Position numbers and translations under genes: made by a program. A stretch of DNA of 64,000 nucleotides, from assembly GCA_027371535.1 (NCBI GenBank), contig DAHXMV010000001.1:253259-317258 (forward strand), in the 5' to 3' direction. Under the pieces are notes generated by a model that did not search any database, was not told the origin of the DNA, and worked only from the letters and a program-made list of their open reading frames with translations. The DNA is from Candidatus Amesbacteria bacterium. Its GTDB lineage: Bacteria > Patescibacteriota > Microgenomatia > CAZETR01 > Amesbacteraceae. Positions 10,857-20,934 of the stretch are shown here, piece after piece. Position 1 is the stretch's first letter. The number at the start of each line of letters is the position of its first letter.

Positions 10857-11327
10857 TTATCTGGTGACTTCAATAACATCTCCCAATTCAGCATGAGGAG
10901 CCTGAACCATGACCCGGCTGCTACCTGTCGCCACTGCAATCTCATAACCGGTGTTGTAACCCCCGGCTGCGGCACAATCGGTAACCGGAGAGCCGGTATT
11001 GTTTGAGCCAAACTGGGGATCGGTAGGAATTGCCGAGACGTAAGTAGGCATGATGAAGGAGCAGATATCTACACCTGTACTGGCAACCTCAGTGAAGGTA
11101 TTAGTGATTCCCGTCGGAAGCCGACCTTTGTTATCAGCAGAGTATTGGCCAACAGCATTAAGAATTGTCAAAATGTCACTGCGCCTCTTGGTATTGTTGC
11201 TCTGGGCAAACTGCCTGGCCGGATTGATAGCAATCAGAGTAATGGTTAATAAGACTGCCAAAATGCCGATAACTACAAGAAGCTCTATAAGGGTAAAACC
11301 ACGGGCGGTTCTAGGAAATTTGGGCAT
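10857..11327 (-). CDS. Type IV pilin (major pilin-like)
   Basis: Class III signal RG|FTLIELLVVIGIL; Cys pair in the C-terminal region. Confidence 0.9.
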   Translation of the reverse strand: MPKFPRTARGFTLIELLVVIGILAVLLTITLIAINPARQFAQSNNTKRRSDILTILNAVGQYSADNKGRLPTGITNTFTEVASTGVDICSFIMPTYVSAIPTDPQFGSNNTGSPVTDCAAAGGYNTGYEIAVATGSSRVMVQAPHAELGDVIEVTR

Positions 11328-11360
11328 TAAAGATAATTTAGTGCATTGCATAAATGCTTG

Positions 11361-12419
11361 TCAAGGGGTAGATGCCCCCAAAATGACAGTAATATCAAAT
11401 TTGGCCTGTGGATCGGTCTGAATTTGAATATCAGGAAAGATATTTTTCACCTCATTCTCCACAAATCTGGCGGTGTCTGTGGCCACCTGTGAAGCAAAAA
11501 TCAAAGAAGAGCTTTGAACAGTCCTGGTATTATTGCCGGTCTGAATTTTGGTAAACCCCAGGGATTTAAATTTTTCGGAAACGGTAGCTGCCAGGCCGGC
11601 TCTACCGGAGGCATTTAGAATCTGCACGGTGGCGGATTCCAGAATTTGGGCTGTCGGCTGGGCAATTTCCGGGGTGGGAGTAATTTCCGGGGTGCTTGTC
11701 GGCAAAACCGGAATTTCCCTGATCACCTGGGCAGTTTTTCTGACAGGCTGGGGACGGCCAAAAGTCATATATAATGCCAAACCGCAGGTTAAAAGTATCA
11801 GAATGATCAGCACAATTACCAAAAGTTTATGGCTTTCCAGCATCACCTGTTCTTTTTCATGCAGCGAAGCCTGTGACATATCCTTGGCCCCAATAATACT
11901 GTTAACGATAATCTGATCCAGCTTGTGATAGATGTTTTTACAGGATTCGGCGGTAAATCCGGCTGCGGCATTCTGTCCCAAGGCAAAACCGGGAACCACG
12001 GCAATCAGAGAAAACCCCATATCTTCAAAGGAATTTTTCAGACCTTCATAAGAATCACGGTTTAAAACTACCTGTTTGAAGCCGCTGATGACATGAAATA
12101 ATTTGGAGCTGGTGGCAGAAAAAGGCACCGTGTCTTTAAAATTATCCTGATCTTCGGAAGTCGGAGGATTTTGGCCGGTATAGTTTTTTTCAAAATAAAC
12201 CGACTGGGAAAGAAACATTACCAGAGGTCCGGGTTTAATACGGTTCTGTTCTATAAAACTGCGCAGACCGACTACCAATTCCTGAGGATTGATGATCTCC
12301 AGATCAGAGAAAGCAGTCGGAGGGAAGGCATATACATAAGGGTCAAGATGCAGATTGGTACTCAGGCTGAGTTTGTTTCTCTCCACATAGACGATAGTCG
12401 GGGGGGCAGTTTTTTTCAT
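11361..12419 (-). CDS. Membrane protein with C-terminal LytR_C-like domain (pilus cluster)
   Basis: Single TM, PT-rich linker, VQILNASGRAGLA...DITVILG typical of LytR_C. Confidence 0.75.
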   Translation of the reverse strand: MKKTAPPTIVYVERNKLSLSTNLHLDPYVYAFPPTAFSDLEIINPQELVVGLRSFIEQNRIKPGPLVMFLSQSVYFEKNYTGQNPPTSEDQDNFKDTVPFSATSSKLFHVISGFKQVVLNRDSYEGLKNSFEDMGFSLIAVVPGFALGQNAAAGFTAESCKNIYHKLDQIIVNSIIGAKDMSQASLHEKEQVMLESHKLLVIVLIILILLTCGLALYMTFGRPQPVRKTAQVIREIPVLPTSTPEITPTPEIAQPTAQILESATVQILNASGRAGLAATVSEKFKSLGFTKIQTGNNTRTVQSSSLIFASQVATDTARFVENEVKNIFPDIQIQTDPQAKFDITVILGASTP

Positions 12420-12421
12420 AA

Positions 12422-12790
12422 TCAGGGATAAATTTCCTGCCAGGAATAAATAGTCAGCATATTTCCCACAAACCCGGCGGTAACTTTAATCGACCGAATA
12501 TAGTTGCCGACGCGAGCGGTGGAAATAATTGACGCACCCTGGCCCGTTGCAGATATTGTGGCAATTCCATCGCCGACTGTCAACGTCTCACCTGAATAAT
12601 AGGGGTCGCGAAGCAAACGCATAAGGGCATTTTCGATACCGCTCTCGGCCACCATATAGGCGTTTGTGGAAACTTCCAGACTGGTGGTAGACTTTTGAAT
12701 ACCTACAAAAATCATGGCTGCAGAAGTGGCTACCGTGATGGCGATCGCCATAAAAACCAATAAAATGACTAAAGCCTGGCCTTTTTTCAT
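12422..12790 (-). CDS. Minor pilin (PilX-like)
   Basis: KKG|QALVILLV prepilin-like N-terminus lacking Glu5; AESGIE motif. Confidence 0.8.
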   Translation of the reverse strand: MKKGQALVILLVFMAIAITVATSAAMIFVGIQKSTTSLEVSTNAYMVAESGIENALMRLLRDPYYSGETLTVGDGIATISATGQGASIISTARVGNYIRSIKVTAGFVGNMLTIYSWQEIYP

Positions 12791-13272
12791 CGGACGTCGA
12801 CTGTGGTGAGATAACTGCGGACGGCATTTTGACCGGTGGTGTCTTTGGCAAGGCTGGTGACAGTAAAACCGATTTGGACGCTGTTTTTACCTGAAATATT
12901 TCCCAGCCGGGTGACAGAAAAACCTGAAAATACAACGTCAAACGGAGACAAGTTGTAGGTCTTGACTCCCGTAGCCAGAGTCAGCACGCCGGCAGAAACT
13001 GCATAAGTGTAGCTGCTGCCGCCGATAGTTAATACCAGACTGGAGGCAGTATCACCAAGATTCACCGGTGTAGTTATACCTGTGGCCCGGCGGATATCGT
13101 ACTGCAACCTGCTGATTAAGTACTGACTGCTCTGGTCGACGCTGGTAGCGGCTTCAGATTTCAACTGGGAATCCAATACGGCCACTAAAATTCCGGCTAA
13201 AATTACCAGGAAGACTGAAATGATACCCATATAGATGAGCAATTCAATAATGGAAAAACCGCGCCGTTTCAT
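12787..13272 (-). CDS. Minor pilin
   Basis: RRG|FSIIELL N-methylation motif. Confidence 0.85.
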   Translation of the reverse strand: MKRRGFSIIELLIYMGIISVFLVILAGILVAVLDSQLKSEAATSVDQSSQYLISRLQYDIRRATGITTPVNLGDTASSLVLTIGGSSYTYAVSAGVLTLATGVKTYNLSPFDVVFSGFSVTRLGNISGKNSVQIGFTVTSLAKDTTGQNAVRSYLTTVDVR

Positions 13273-15281
13273 GGTGAATAGTTAGCAGTCATATCATAAA
13301 AAATCGGGCTCTGGCTTTGGTCGGAAGAACTGAAAAAGACTTTATATCTGAAACACTGACCGGGATTGGTGTAAGTAGGAGCATAAGTGCCAAAAGGGAT
13401 GACCCCTGATATTGAAGCCTCAACGGGGGTAAAGTAAGCGGCGGGATCACCTCCCGGACCGACATAGGTAAAGGCAATATTATTGCAGGCGCCACCGATC
13501 GAAGCGGCCACACCGACCTGCATTTTGATACCGGTCTGCTTGGGTTGGGAAACTGAAGCGATAAAGCGATTAAAAGCGGTGGAATAACCGGCATTAAAAG
13601 CGAAAGATTCAAAACTGCCATTCAAAGATACACTGCCTCCCGGTCCTCCCTGGATTATCTGCAGTTCCTGACTGGCGGTATTAGTCAGAATATAGGCATA
13701 GGCACTGCCGTCATTTCGTAAAATACCGGCCACAGCATTTACGCTGGTGGCTCCATTGGGGTTGGTAAGGCCGCCGCACAAAGCCGGAGTGGCCTCGTTG
13801 ACAATGTTTAGGACCTGATATTGCTCCCCGCCGGAACCAACAATGATGGCATGATTACCGGATACCGTGATGACCCCCTTGGGATTCATTGCTCCGGAAT
13901 TGTAAGCACCCAGAGGTACCGGCAACGTGGCAATTTTACTCTCGGTATTGATAATGAAAAAGTCGTTTCTTTGAGGAGAGCCCTGGGAAGTGATCAAATA
14001 AGTGCGGGAGCCATCCGAGCTGACTGTCAAATCCACACCGTTTTGGGAATTACCCACATTAATCTGGGAAACCTTAGACATATTGGCGGGGTCGGTAATA
14101 TTGATAATATCCATCTGCTCGGTAGCGCTAGATACGGCAACATAGGCATAATTTCCATTTATAAATACCCTCTGACCCGTTCCGCCCAGCTGCACCTGTC
14201 CTAACTGAGGACGGGCACCGTTTTTGGAAGACAAATCAATAGCGTATAAATAGCTTCCCGCTGTGACGTAACCGACTTCATAGTTCTGATGGGCATTAAA
14301 GGCAGTGATGACCGTATTACCCTGTCCGCCTCCTGATGCACTAAATGTACCCACTTCGGAGTATGGCTGGGAAGAAACCTGAACGATATCGACTGTCATA
14401 CCGGGGTGATCCGAGGTCAGATAAACATATTTATTGGCAACATCGACATAAATACCGTAAGTTTTAAAATAATTGTACATTCCGGAATAACTGGCAATGG
14501 GCGGATTGTCGTGAGAAATCATCATGGCATCCATGGAATCACCGGAGGAGTTGCCGCCGGTTGTGGTATAGGCATAGTCCATGGCGGCCGAAGTCGTAGC
14601 TGAAATAGCCGTGGTAATCCCCTGTCCCGGCAGATCCAGCGGGGCAATAGTTAAATTGGGAGCACACCAATCCGATAAACCTCCTGCTCCCAACTGGACC
14701 TGTCCGTCATCGGGAACACCGGTTCCCGTGGTCGCGACTACGGCAGTGCCGCTTTGGGTACCGGCCTTAAAATCCGTCTGGGTAGTCTGTAAATATGCGT
14801 CATTATCCAGATAACGGGTCATATATGTGGTGACCGAGACATTGCCCGAATATGGAACCGACCAGGAGACTGTATGGGTGACTTTTTTGGTCGAGGGATC
14901 GATTTGGCCTCCGGAGCTGACAATTTTTCCGGTACTGTCACGGGACACATCAGAAATAGTCAGTGACCGGGTAAAATCTCCGATAGTCTGGGTACCTGCC
15001 ATCAGCACCCAACCGCCGGCCTGGGTAGCCGGATAATAGGTACCGTCCACAGCAAATGTAGTCCATTTTTTTTCCCGGACCACGCGGACCGCTTCTAACG
15101 ATTCATTTAATAAAGTCAAGGCATTCTGACGCTGGTTTAACTGAACCTGCCCCTGGCGGGAAGCTAAAAGACCTAAATAAATAGCCGGAATAATCAGGGC
15201 GGAGATGCCTAAAGCCACTAAAATTTCCACCAAGGACTGGCCGGCACTAAACCTATTAATCAACTGCTTGCACCACTCCAT
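13269..15281 (-). CDS. Large pilin-like protein with LVIVD-like beta-repeat domain (putative adhesin)
   Basis: AG|QSLVEILV prepilin motif, then repeats such as GNYAYVA...MDIINITDP and GNHAIIV...YQVLNI. Confidence 0.75.
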   Translation of the reverse strand: MEWCKQLINRFSAGQSLVEILVALGISALIIPAIYLGLLASRQGQVQLNQRQNALTLLNESLEAVRVVREKKWTTFAVDGTYYPATQAGGWVLMAGTQTIGDFTRSLTISDVSRDSTGKIVSSGGQIDPSTKKVTHTVSWSVPYSGNVSVTTYMTRYLDNDAYLQTTQTDFKAGTQSGTAVVATTGTGVPDDGQVQLGAGGLSDWCAPNLTIAPLDLPGQGITTAISATTSAAMDYAYTTTGGNSSGDSMDAMMISHDNPPIASYSGMYNYFKTYGIYVDVANKYVYLTSDHPGMTVDIVQVSSQPYSEVGTFSASGGGQGNTVITAFNAHQNYEVGYVTAGSYLYAIDLSSKNGARPQLGQVQLGGTGQRVFINGNYAYVAVSSATEQMDIINITDPANMSKVSQINVGNSQNGVDLTVSSDGSRTYLITSQGSPQRNDFFIINTESKIATLPVPLGAYNSGAMNPKGVITVSGNHAIIVGSGGEQYQVLNIVNEATPALCGGLTNPNGATSVNAVAGILRNDGSAYAYILTNTASQELQIIQGGPGGSVSLNGSFESFAFNAGYSTAFNRFIASVSQPKQTGIKMQVGVAASIGGACNNIAFTYVGPGGDPAAYFTPVEASISGVIPFGTYAPTYTNPGQCFRYKVFFSSSDQSQSPIFYDMTANYSP

Positions 15282-15729
15282 ATTTATTAACGGTAATAAC
15301 CCGGGAAACCTGGGACTGGATATCAGTTAAGGTAAGAGAGTATGAGTCAGAGGTAAAATTGCCGGCTTCACCCGAACCGCGGGCAAATACGATCTGGGAA
15401 GAGGGAAAATTGGTGGCCGTAAACTCAAACTGCGGATCCAATATGACCACCACATTACCGGAATCCTGTGCAGAGTAGGTCTGCCCCCGAAAAAGAGTGT
15501 AACGATCGGTCTGAAAATAAATACCGGCGGAAGTGGCAGTTGCCGCTGTTTCAGTGTCCCCCAGCATAGATTTTATTTGCTGATTCCGAAGATCCGAAAT
15601 AAGCAATGATCCGGCAGAGTCAATCTCTGTCTGGCGCTGATTTTGGGTCAGGCTGGGAACCGAAAAAGCCAGTAAGGAAAACAAAATTCCCAAGACGACG
15701 ATTAATTCCACCAGAGTGAAACCACGCAT
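15256..15729 (-). CDS. Minor pilin (FimT/GspH-like)
   Basis: MRG|FTLVELIVV motif. Confidence 0.85.
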   Translation of the reverse strand: MRGFTLVELIVVLGILFSLLAFSVPSLTQNQRQTEIDSAGSLLISDLRNQQIKSMLGDTETAATATSAGIYFQTDRYTLFRGQTYSAQDSGNVVVILDPQFEFTATNFPSSQIVFARGSGEAGNFTSDSYSLTLTDIQSQVSRVITVNKYGVVQAVD

Positions 15730-15731
15730 GA

Positions 15732-16790
15732 TCAGTGCCCCCCGATTTGACTAATAAGCCCATAAATAGGAGCAATAATTGAAACCATCATGCCGCCGAC
15801 ACCGACCGCGACGAAAAGCAAAAGTACGGGTTCCAGCAAGGCAGTGAGATTTTTTAATGCCAGGGAAACCTGATAATCCAGGAATTCGGAGATATCCAAC
15901 AGAGATTTGTCCAAAGTGCCGCTTTTTTCACCGGCTTCGATCAGTCTCACCATAATGGAAGGGATAACTCCCGGGGTGGACTTCAAACCATCCGAGAAAC
16001 GTTTACCGGACATAATCATTTCCTTGCATTTTTTAATTAACAGGGCCGTTTTACGGCGGACTACCACATCCTGGGATAACTCCAGGGCGGTGGTAATCGG
16101 CAGACCGGTAGACAACAGCAGGTACAAATTCCGGGAGAAACGGGTAAGGTCTATCTGACGAACCAATTCGGAGACTACCGGTAAAGAAGTCACCAGATTA
16201 ACCAGCAGCTGGCGCTGGCGTTTGATCAGGTAAAAGGCGATGCTTAATGTCATCAACACACCGCTGACCACATACCAGGTTTTTTTGATAATCAGATCCG
16301 AAACAGTAATCATGATCTGAGTCGGCAAAGGCAAGGAAACATGCAGGCTTTTAAAAACCACCGAAATTTTGGGGATAACGAAGATAAGGATGATGAGCAT
16401 TACGCCGGCAAAAACCACCATGATAACGACCGGATAAATCAGGGCACCTTTAATTTTGTCTGAAAATTCCATATCTTTTTGGATATGAACCCGCAGATCC
16501 GCCAGGGTGGTTTCCAAATTACCGGATTCCTCGGAAGCTTTAATTAAGCTTACTGTTACGGGATCAAAAGCGTCCGGAAAATTTGACAGGCTCTGGTAAA
16601 TCCGCTTACCCTGCATAAGGTCGGTACGCAAGTTTTCCAGGATTTTGCGCTGGCTGCCCTTGGCGTCTTCCAGTAAAGAATCGACCACTTCAATGATCGG
16701 AATACCGGATTTGAGCATGGTGGAAAGATTGGTGATCAGGCTGATCTTATCGTTGCCGCTTAGGGTGATATGGGAAACTTTTCCGGCCAT
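15732..16790 (-). CDS. pilC: Type IV pilus platform protein (PilC/GspF family)
   Basis: Two T2SSF repeats (EESGNL, GEKSGTLD), ALIYP, LLEP. Confidence 0.92.
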   Translation of the reverse strand: MAGKVSHITLSGNDKISLITNLSTMLKSGIPIIEVVDSLLEDAKGSQRKILENLRTDLMQGKRIYQSLSNFPDAFDPVTVSLIKASEESGNLETTLADLRVHIQKDMEFSDKIKGALIYPVVIMVVFAGVMLIILIFVIPKISVVFKSLHVSLPLPTQIMITVSDLIIKKTWYVVSGVLMTLSIAFYLIKRQRQLLVNLVTSLPVVSELVRQIDLTRFSRNLYLLLSTGLPITTALELSQDVVVRRKTALLIKKCKEMIMSGKRFSDGLKSTPGVIPSIMVRLIEAGEKSGTLDKSLLDISEFLDYQVSLALKNLTALLEPVLLLFVAVGVGGMMVSIIAPIYGLISQIGGH

Positions 16791-16796
16791 AATTTT

Positions 16797-18482
16797 TCAG
16801 GATACAAATTCGGACTTAGCAACGCGCAAAACTTCCTCGATGCTGGTAACCCCGTCCCTGACTTTAATCAGGCCGTCCTCAAACATGCTGCGCATACCTT
16901 CGTTCATGGCAGCCTTGGCAATTATTTCCGAATCAGCCCTTTCGGTAATCAGCTTCCGGATATTTTTAGAAACCTCCAAAACCTCAAACAGACCTACCCG
17001 GCCCATATAGCCGGTATTCCTGCAAATTTTGCAGCCCTGACCTTTCTGGATGATGAATTCCTTGCCGCTGCCAAAAACCCGCTTGACCAGTTCTGCAGGA
17101 AAATTTCTTATCAATTCGTCGTGAGTCAGGGTAGTTTTGACTTTGCACTGAGAACAGGTCTGGCGCACCAGACGCTGGGCGATAATAATATTCAAGGTCG
17201 AAGCTACCAAAAACGGTTCAACGCCCATATCCGATAACCTGGGGATGGCTGTAGCGGCATCATTTGTGTGCAGGGTGGATAAAACCAAATGACCGGTCAG
17301 GGCGGCATTGACAGCAATTCCTGCCGTTTCGTCATCACGGATTTCACCCACAAAAATGATATTCGGGTCCTGACGGAGAATGGATCTTAAGCCATTGGCA
17401 AAAGTGAGATTGGTTTTGACGTTGACCTGGATCTGATTGGCGCCTTTGATCCGGTATTCGACCGGATCCTCTACAGTAGTGATATTTTTTTCGCGGGTAT
17501 TCAAAACCTTGAGAATGGAGTAAATGGAAGTCGTCTTACCGCTGCCGGTCGGACCGGTCGACAAAATCATACCGTAGGATTTGGAATAGGCGGACTCCAC
17601 TTTCTGCAGATCCGCCTCGTTCATACCCAGGGTTTGGAAGTTATAAGACCTGGACTGGGTAGATAAAAGCCGGAGCACGGCTTTTTCCCCCTGAACCACC
17701 GGGACTATGGAAACCCGGATGTCCAGCCTTTCCTCTTCCAGATCAACCCGCATTTTACCGTCCTGGGCACTCAGGTGTTCATCGGTTCTTAAACTGGACA
17801 GGACTTTCAAGCGGGTGATAATCCGGTCATGGAGAATTTTGGGCGCCGAAAGCGCATCGCGGAGAATACCGTCGACCCGAAAACGGGTGAGGGTCGAATT
17901 TTCCTGGGGTTCGATGTGGATATCCGAAGCTCTTTCCTGGTAGGCCGTATCGATTAACAAATCGACAATTTTGGCGACGGGAGGATCTTCAAGGGCATTA
18001 TTACTGGCCCAGATATCCTGCTTTAAAAGATCATCGATGGCTTTCTGCAAATCTTTTTCATAAGCTCTTAAGGCGTTGGTAATTTCGGTGGACAGGGCAA
18101 AATAGACTTCTATTTTTGACCCGGTTTTTTTGGCCAGAGCAGTCAACAAATCAGTACGATCAGGGCTTAACATGGCTACTTTTATGGCTTCCGGTCCCCT
18201 TTCAAAAGGAATGATTTTGTGTTTCCTGGCAAATCTTTCCGGAATGATGTTGATGACTTCCTGGGGAATATTTAACTGGGAAAGAAAAACCACCGGCACT
18301 TTGTAGTATTCTCCGATCAGCCCGGCCAATTTATCCTGCGGAATAGCTTCTTTCTGGAGCAGGGCCTTATCCAAAGTGAGTTCGGAATTGACGGCAAAAC
18401 GGGAGATATCGTTTAATTTGGCTTCATCAATGAGATTGGCATTAAGAAGCAGAGCACGCAGCTGGTCATCGGGCAGGGCCAT
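16797..18482 (-). CDS. pilB: Type IV pilus assembly ATPase (PilB/GspE family)
   Basis: ASDIHIEP, GPTGSGKT, EDPVE, LRQDP, GEIRD, tetra-Cys zinc motif. Confidence 0.95.
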   Translation of the reverse strand: MALPDDQLRALLLNANLIDEAKLNDISRFAVNSELTLDKALLQKEAIPQDKLAGLIGEYYKVPVVFLSQLNIPQEVINIIPERFARKHKIIPFERGPEAIKVAMLSPDRTDLLTALAKKTGSKIEVYFALSTEITNALRAYEKDLQKAIDDLLKQDIWASNNALEDPPVAKIVDLLIDTAYQERASDIHIEPQENSTLTRFRVDGILRDALSAPKILHDRIITRLKVLSSLRTDEHLSAQDGKMRVDLEEERLDIRVSIVPVVQGEKAVLRLLSTQSRSYNFQTLGMNEADLQKVESAYSKSYGMILSTGPTGSGKTTSIYSILKVLNTREKNITTVEDPVEYRIKGANQIQVNVKTNLTFANGLRSILRQDPNIIFVGEIRDDETAGIAVNAALTGHLVLSTLHTNDAATAIPRLSDMGVEPFLVASTLNIIIAQRLVRQTCSQCKVKTTLTHDELIRNFPAELVKRVFGSGKEFIIQKGQGCKICRNTGYMGRVGLFEVLEVSKNIRKLITERADSEIIAKAAMNEGMRSMFEDGLIKVRDGVTSIEEVLRVAKSEFVS

Positions 18483-18580
18483 ACAACAATATTAAGAGTA
18501 TAAATCTCAAATTACAAATCCCAATAACCAAATAAATTCCCATCCCATATCCAAGCCAAAGAGAAAGCAGTAAAAAGCTT

Positions 18581-19042
18581 TCAGGTGCCGATCTTGACCA
18601 GTTTGGCAGTATAGATGATCTGGCGGACAGTGCCGTCGGGGGTCTCAAATGAAGTGGTACCGGATTCCCTGGCGTAATCCTGAAGATAACCGGAAAGCTC
18701 TTCGTTCAAATCCTTAACGTGCCCCCGTAAATCCTGAATTTTGCCGGAAAGATCAGCCGCCTGGGGCATTTTTAAAATCTGTTTTTTGGTGTTGGCCCGG
18801 ACTTTGGAAGCTTCCCTGACGGCTTTATCATGCTCCTGGTAAGTAGAGTCGTTGGTGAAAATGTCATCCAGCATTTCCTTGAGCTTATTCAGTTCGATTT
18901 TAAGATTCTCGATAGTGGTGAGGTGTGAGTTAATCAAACCGGTAAGATCAACTACGGCCGTGGGGTTGGCGGAAGCTGAAGGTGTGGCCGGGACTATCTC
19001 ACCTTCGATAATATTATCCCGGCTTTTATCCTCAATGATCAT
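18581..19042 (-). CDS. Hypothetical coiled-coil protein
   Basis: 153-aa ORF with heptad-rich helices, co-oriented with the pilus cluster. Confidence 0.7.
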   Translation of the reverse strand: MIIEDKSRDNIIEGEIVPATPSASANPTAVVDLTGLINSHLTTIENLKIELNKLKEMLDDIFTNDSTYQEHDKAVREASKVRANTKKQILKMPQAADLSGKIQDLRGHVKDLNEELSGYLQDYARESGTTSFETPDGTVRQIIYTAKLVKIGT

Positions 19043-19086
19043 GCCCTGTTAATCTAATATAAAGAAGCTAAAATCACAAGAGAGAA

Positions 19087-19926
19087 ATGGACACCAATAA
19101 CCAAGTTGTAAAATATTACCAAAATCCGGAATCCAGACTTGGATATACAATTTTTACCTGGGATACCAAACATTTCGGATATTATCCCGACCGGAAGCCT
19201 AATATAACCGAAAAAACAGCCCAAAGACTGATGATGGATCTGGTAGCCGAAAAACTGGAAATGAAAGCAGGTGAACGGGTCCTGGATGCAGGTTGCGGCC
19301 GGGGAACCACGAGCTGTTTTCTGGCGGAAAAATACGGAGCGGAAATAACCGGAATCGACATCGTACCTTTTGAGCTAGAAATAGCTAAGAAAAAAGCCGC
19401 TAAATTAATAAATTCAGGGAAAATCAGGTTTATGAGGCAGGATTATTCACATACAGATTTTGCGAATTCGATGTTTGATAAAATTTTCACTTTGGAAACT
19501 CTGGTACATTCTGAAAATGCGGCGAAAACCCTTCGGGAATTTCACAGACTGCTTAAACCGGAAGGCAAATTGGCTTTATTTGAATATTCAGTTTCCCCGC
19601 CTGATGAATTTCTGCATGAAGAAAGAAAATTATTTAAATTGATTTGTAAAGGATCAGCTATGAACAGTTTACCGGTAATGGAACACGACCATCTTGCCCG
19701 TCTGGTTACCATTTCCGGTTTTAGAGTTATATCTGATACAGATATAACCGGTAATATGCTACCTTCCCTGGAACGTTTTTATAAATACGCCTATTTACCA
19801 TATCAAATAATTAAACGGTTGGGACTGAGAGAGAAATTTGTGAATACGACTGCCGGAGTAGAATTTTATAAAATGGGTAAAAAAGGATTGATAAGATACC
19901 GGATAATTATTGCCGGGAAAAAATAG
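19087..19926 (+). CDS. Class I SAM-dependent methyltransferase
   Basis: HFGYY, VLDAGCGRG, GID, and LLKPEG motifs. Confidence 0.88.
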   Translation: MDTNNQVVKYYQNPESRLGYTIFTWDTKHFGYYPDRKPNITEKTAQRLMMDLVAEKLEMKAGERVLDAGCGRGTTSCFLAEKYGAEITGIDIVPFELEIAKKKAAKLINSGKIRFMRQDYSHTDFANSMFDKIFTLETLVHSENAAKTLREFHRLLKPEGKLALFEYSVSPPDEFLHEERKLFKLICKGSAMNSLPVMEHDHLARLVTISGFRVISDTDITGNMLPSLERFYKYAYLPYQIIKRLGLREKFVNTTAGVEFYKMGKKGLIRYRIIIAGKK

Positions 19927-19927
19927 T

Positions 19928-20893
19928 CTACTTATTGGCAAAAATGACGGCATTGGGGAGGTTGCGGCCGGGACCATACAGGTACCTACCATTGTATATA
20001 AGGGCGGTGGAACCGCCGGTGTCCAGGTTAAGAGCCCCCCGGGCCCCGAGGGCCTTAAATACGTAAGCAAACTGCTGCATGTTCACAGCCTGGGCGACGA
20101 CCACGATTACATGCTGGGGATCAATGACACCGATTCCCACTTTGGTATTGACACCTTTTTGCTTATCCGACAAGCCGGACTGATTATCGTCAATTTGGAC
20201 GTTACCACCGTCCAATAACCCGGGGTAATTGACAATCCCCGCAATTAATCCCCCGCTAAAACCGGCTGAACTATTCAAATAGTGAGCTCCCGAGCCGTCA
20301 ACATAAAAAATGGCCCGGCGTTCGTTCCAGAATAATTTGTCCTGATTAATCCATTTACCCAGACGGGTGTTGTAAACCGGAAAGTCATATGAATTGGTCT
20401 TTCCGGAACAGTCGGGATAGGTATCGGGGCAGAAATAGCTGCCATTGACCCCGGCGTAACCGCCGTTTTTAGATACATAATTTGCCAGAGGATAGACGTT
20501 GCAGGCGTTGCCGCAATTATCATCATTACCGGTATCCGTAATCACCCTGGTGCCGGCCAAATTAAAAGCCATGACCGTAACTGAAAAAGTCCCTTTGGGT
20601 GTATTCACTGTAGATCTGGTAAGACCGGTGCCCGGCGGTCCGGATATGGGAATCGGGGTCGGCTTCGGGAAAGGAGTAGGAGTCGGCCTTGGGGTAGGAC
20701 TGGGAATCGGGGTAGGAATTAAAGTGGGCAGGGGCTCGAAAGTCGGAAAAACCCGGGAGGCAGCCGATGGCGGTACAGAAACAGCAGCAGACTCATGGTT
20801 TAAGGTTAAGACTACTAACCCGGAAACGGTGATTAACAAACCAAAAGTTAAGGGTACTATTAAAACCGATCCCCGGTGAGGTACAACGGGCAT
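19928..20893 (-). CDS. Membrane-anchored phosphodiester glycosidase (NAGPA-like) domain protein
   Basis: TM plus PT linker; VNGSYF and ALNLDTGGSTAL motifs. Confidence 0.8.
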   Translation of the reverse strand: MPVVPHRGSVLIVPLTFGLLITVSGLVVLTLNHESAAVSVPPSAASRVFPTFEPLPTLIPTPIPSPTPRPTPTPFPKPTPIPISGPPGTGLTRSTVNTPKGTFSVTVMAFNLAGTRVITDTGNDDNCGNACNVYPLANYVSKNGGYAGVNGSYFCPDTYPDCSGKTNSYDFPVYNTRLGKWINQDKLFWNERRAIFYVDGSGAHYLNSSAGFSGGLIAGIVNYPGLLDGGNVQIDDNQSGLSDKQKGVNTKVGIGVIDPQHVIVVVAQAVNMQQFAYVFKALGARGALNLDTGGSTALIYNGRYLYGPGRNLPNAVIFANK

Positions 20894-20934
20894 TAATTAT
20901 TATTAAACACGATTTTTAAGATATAGTATAGATA

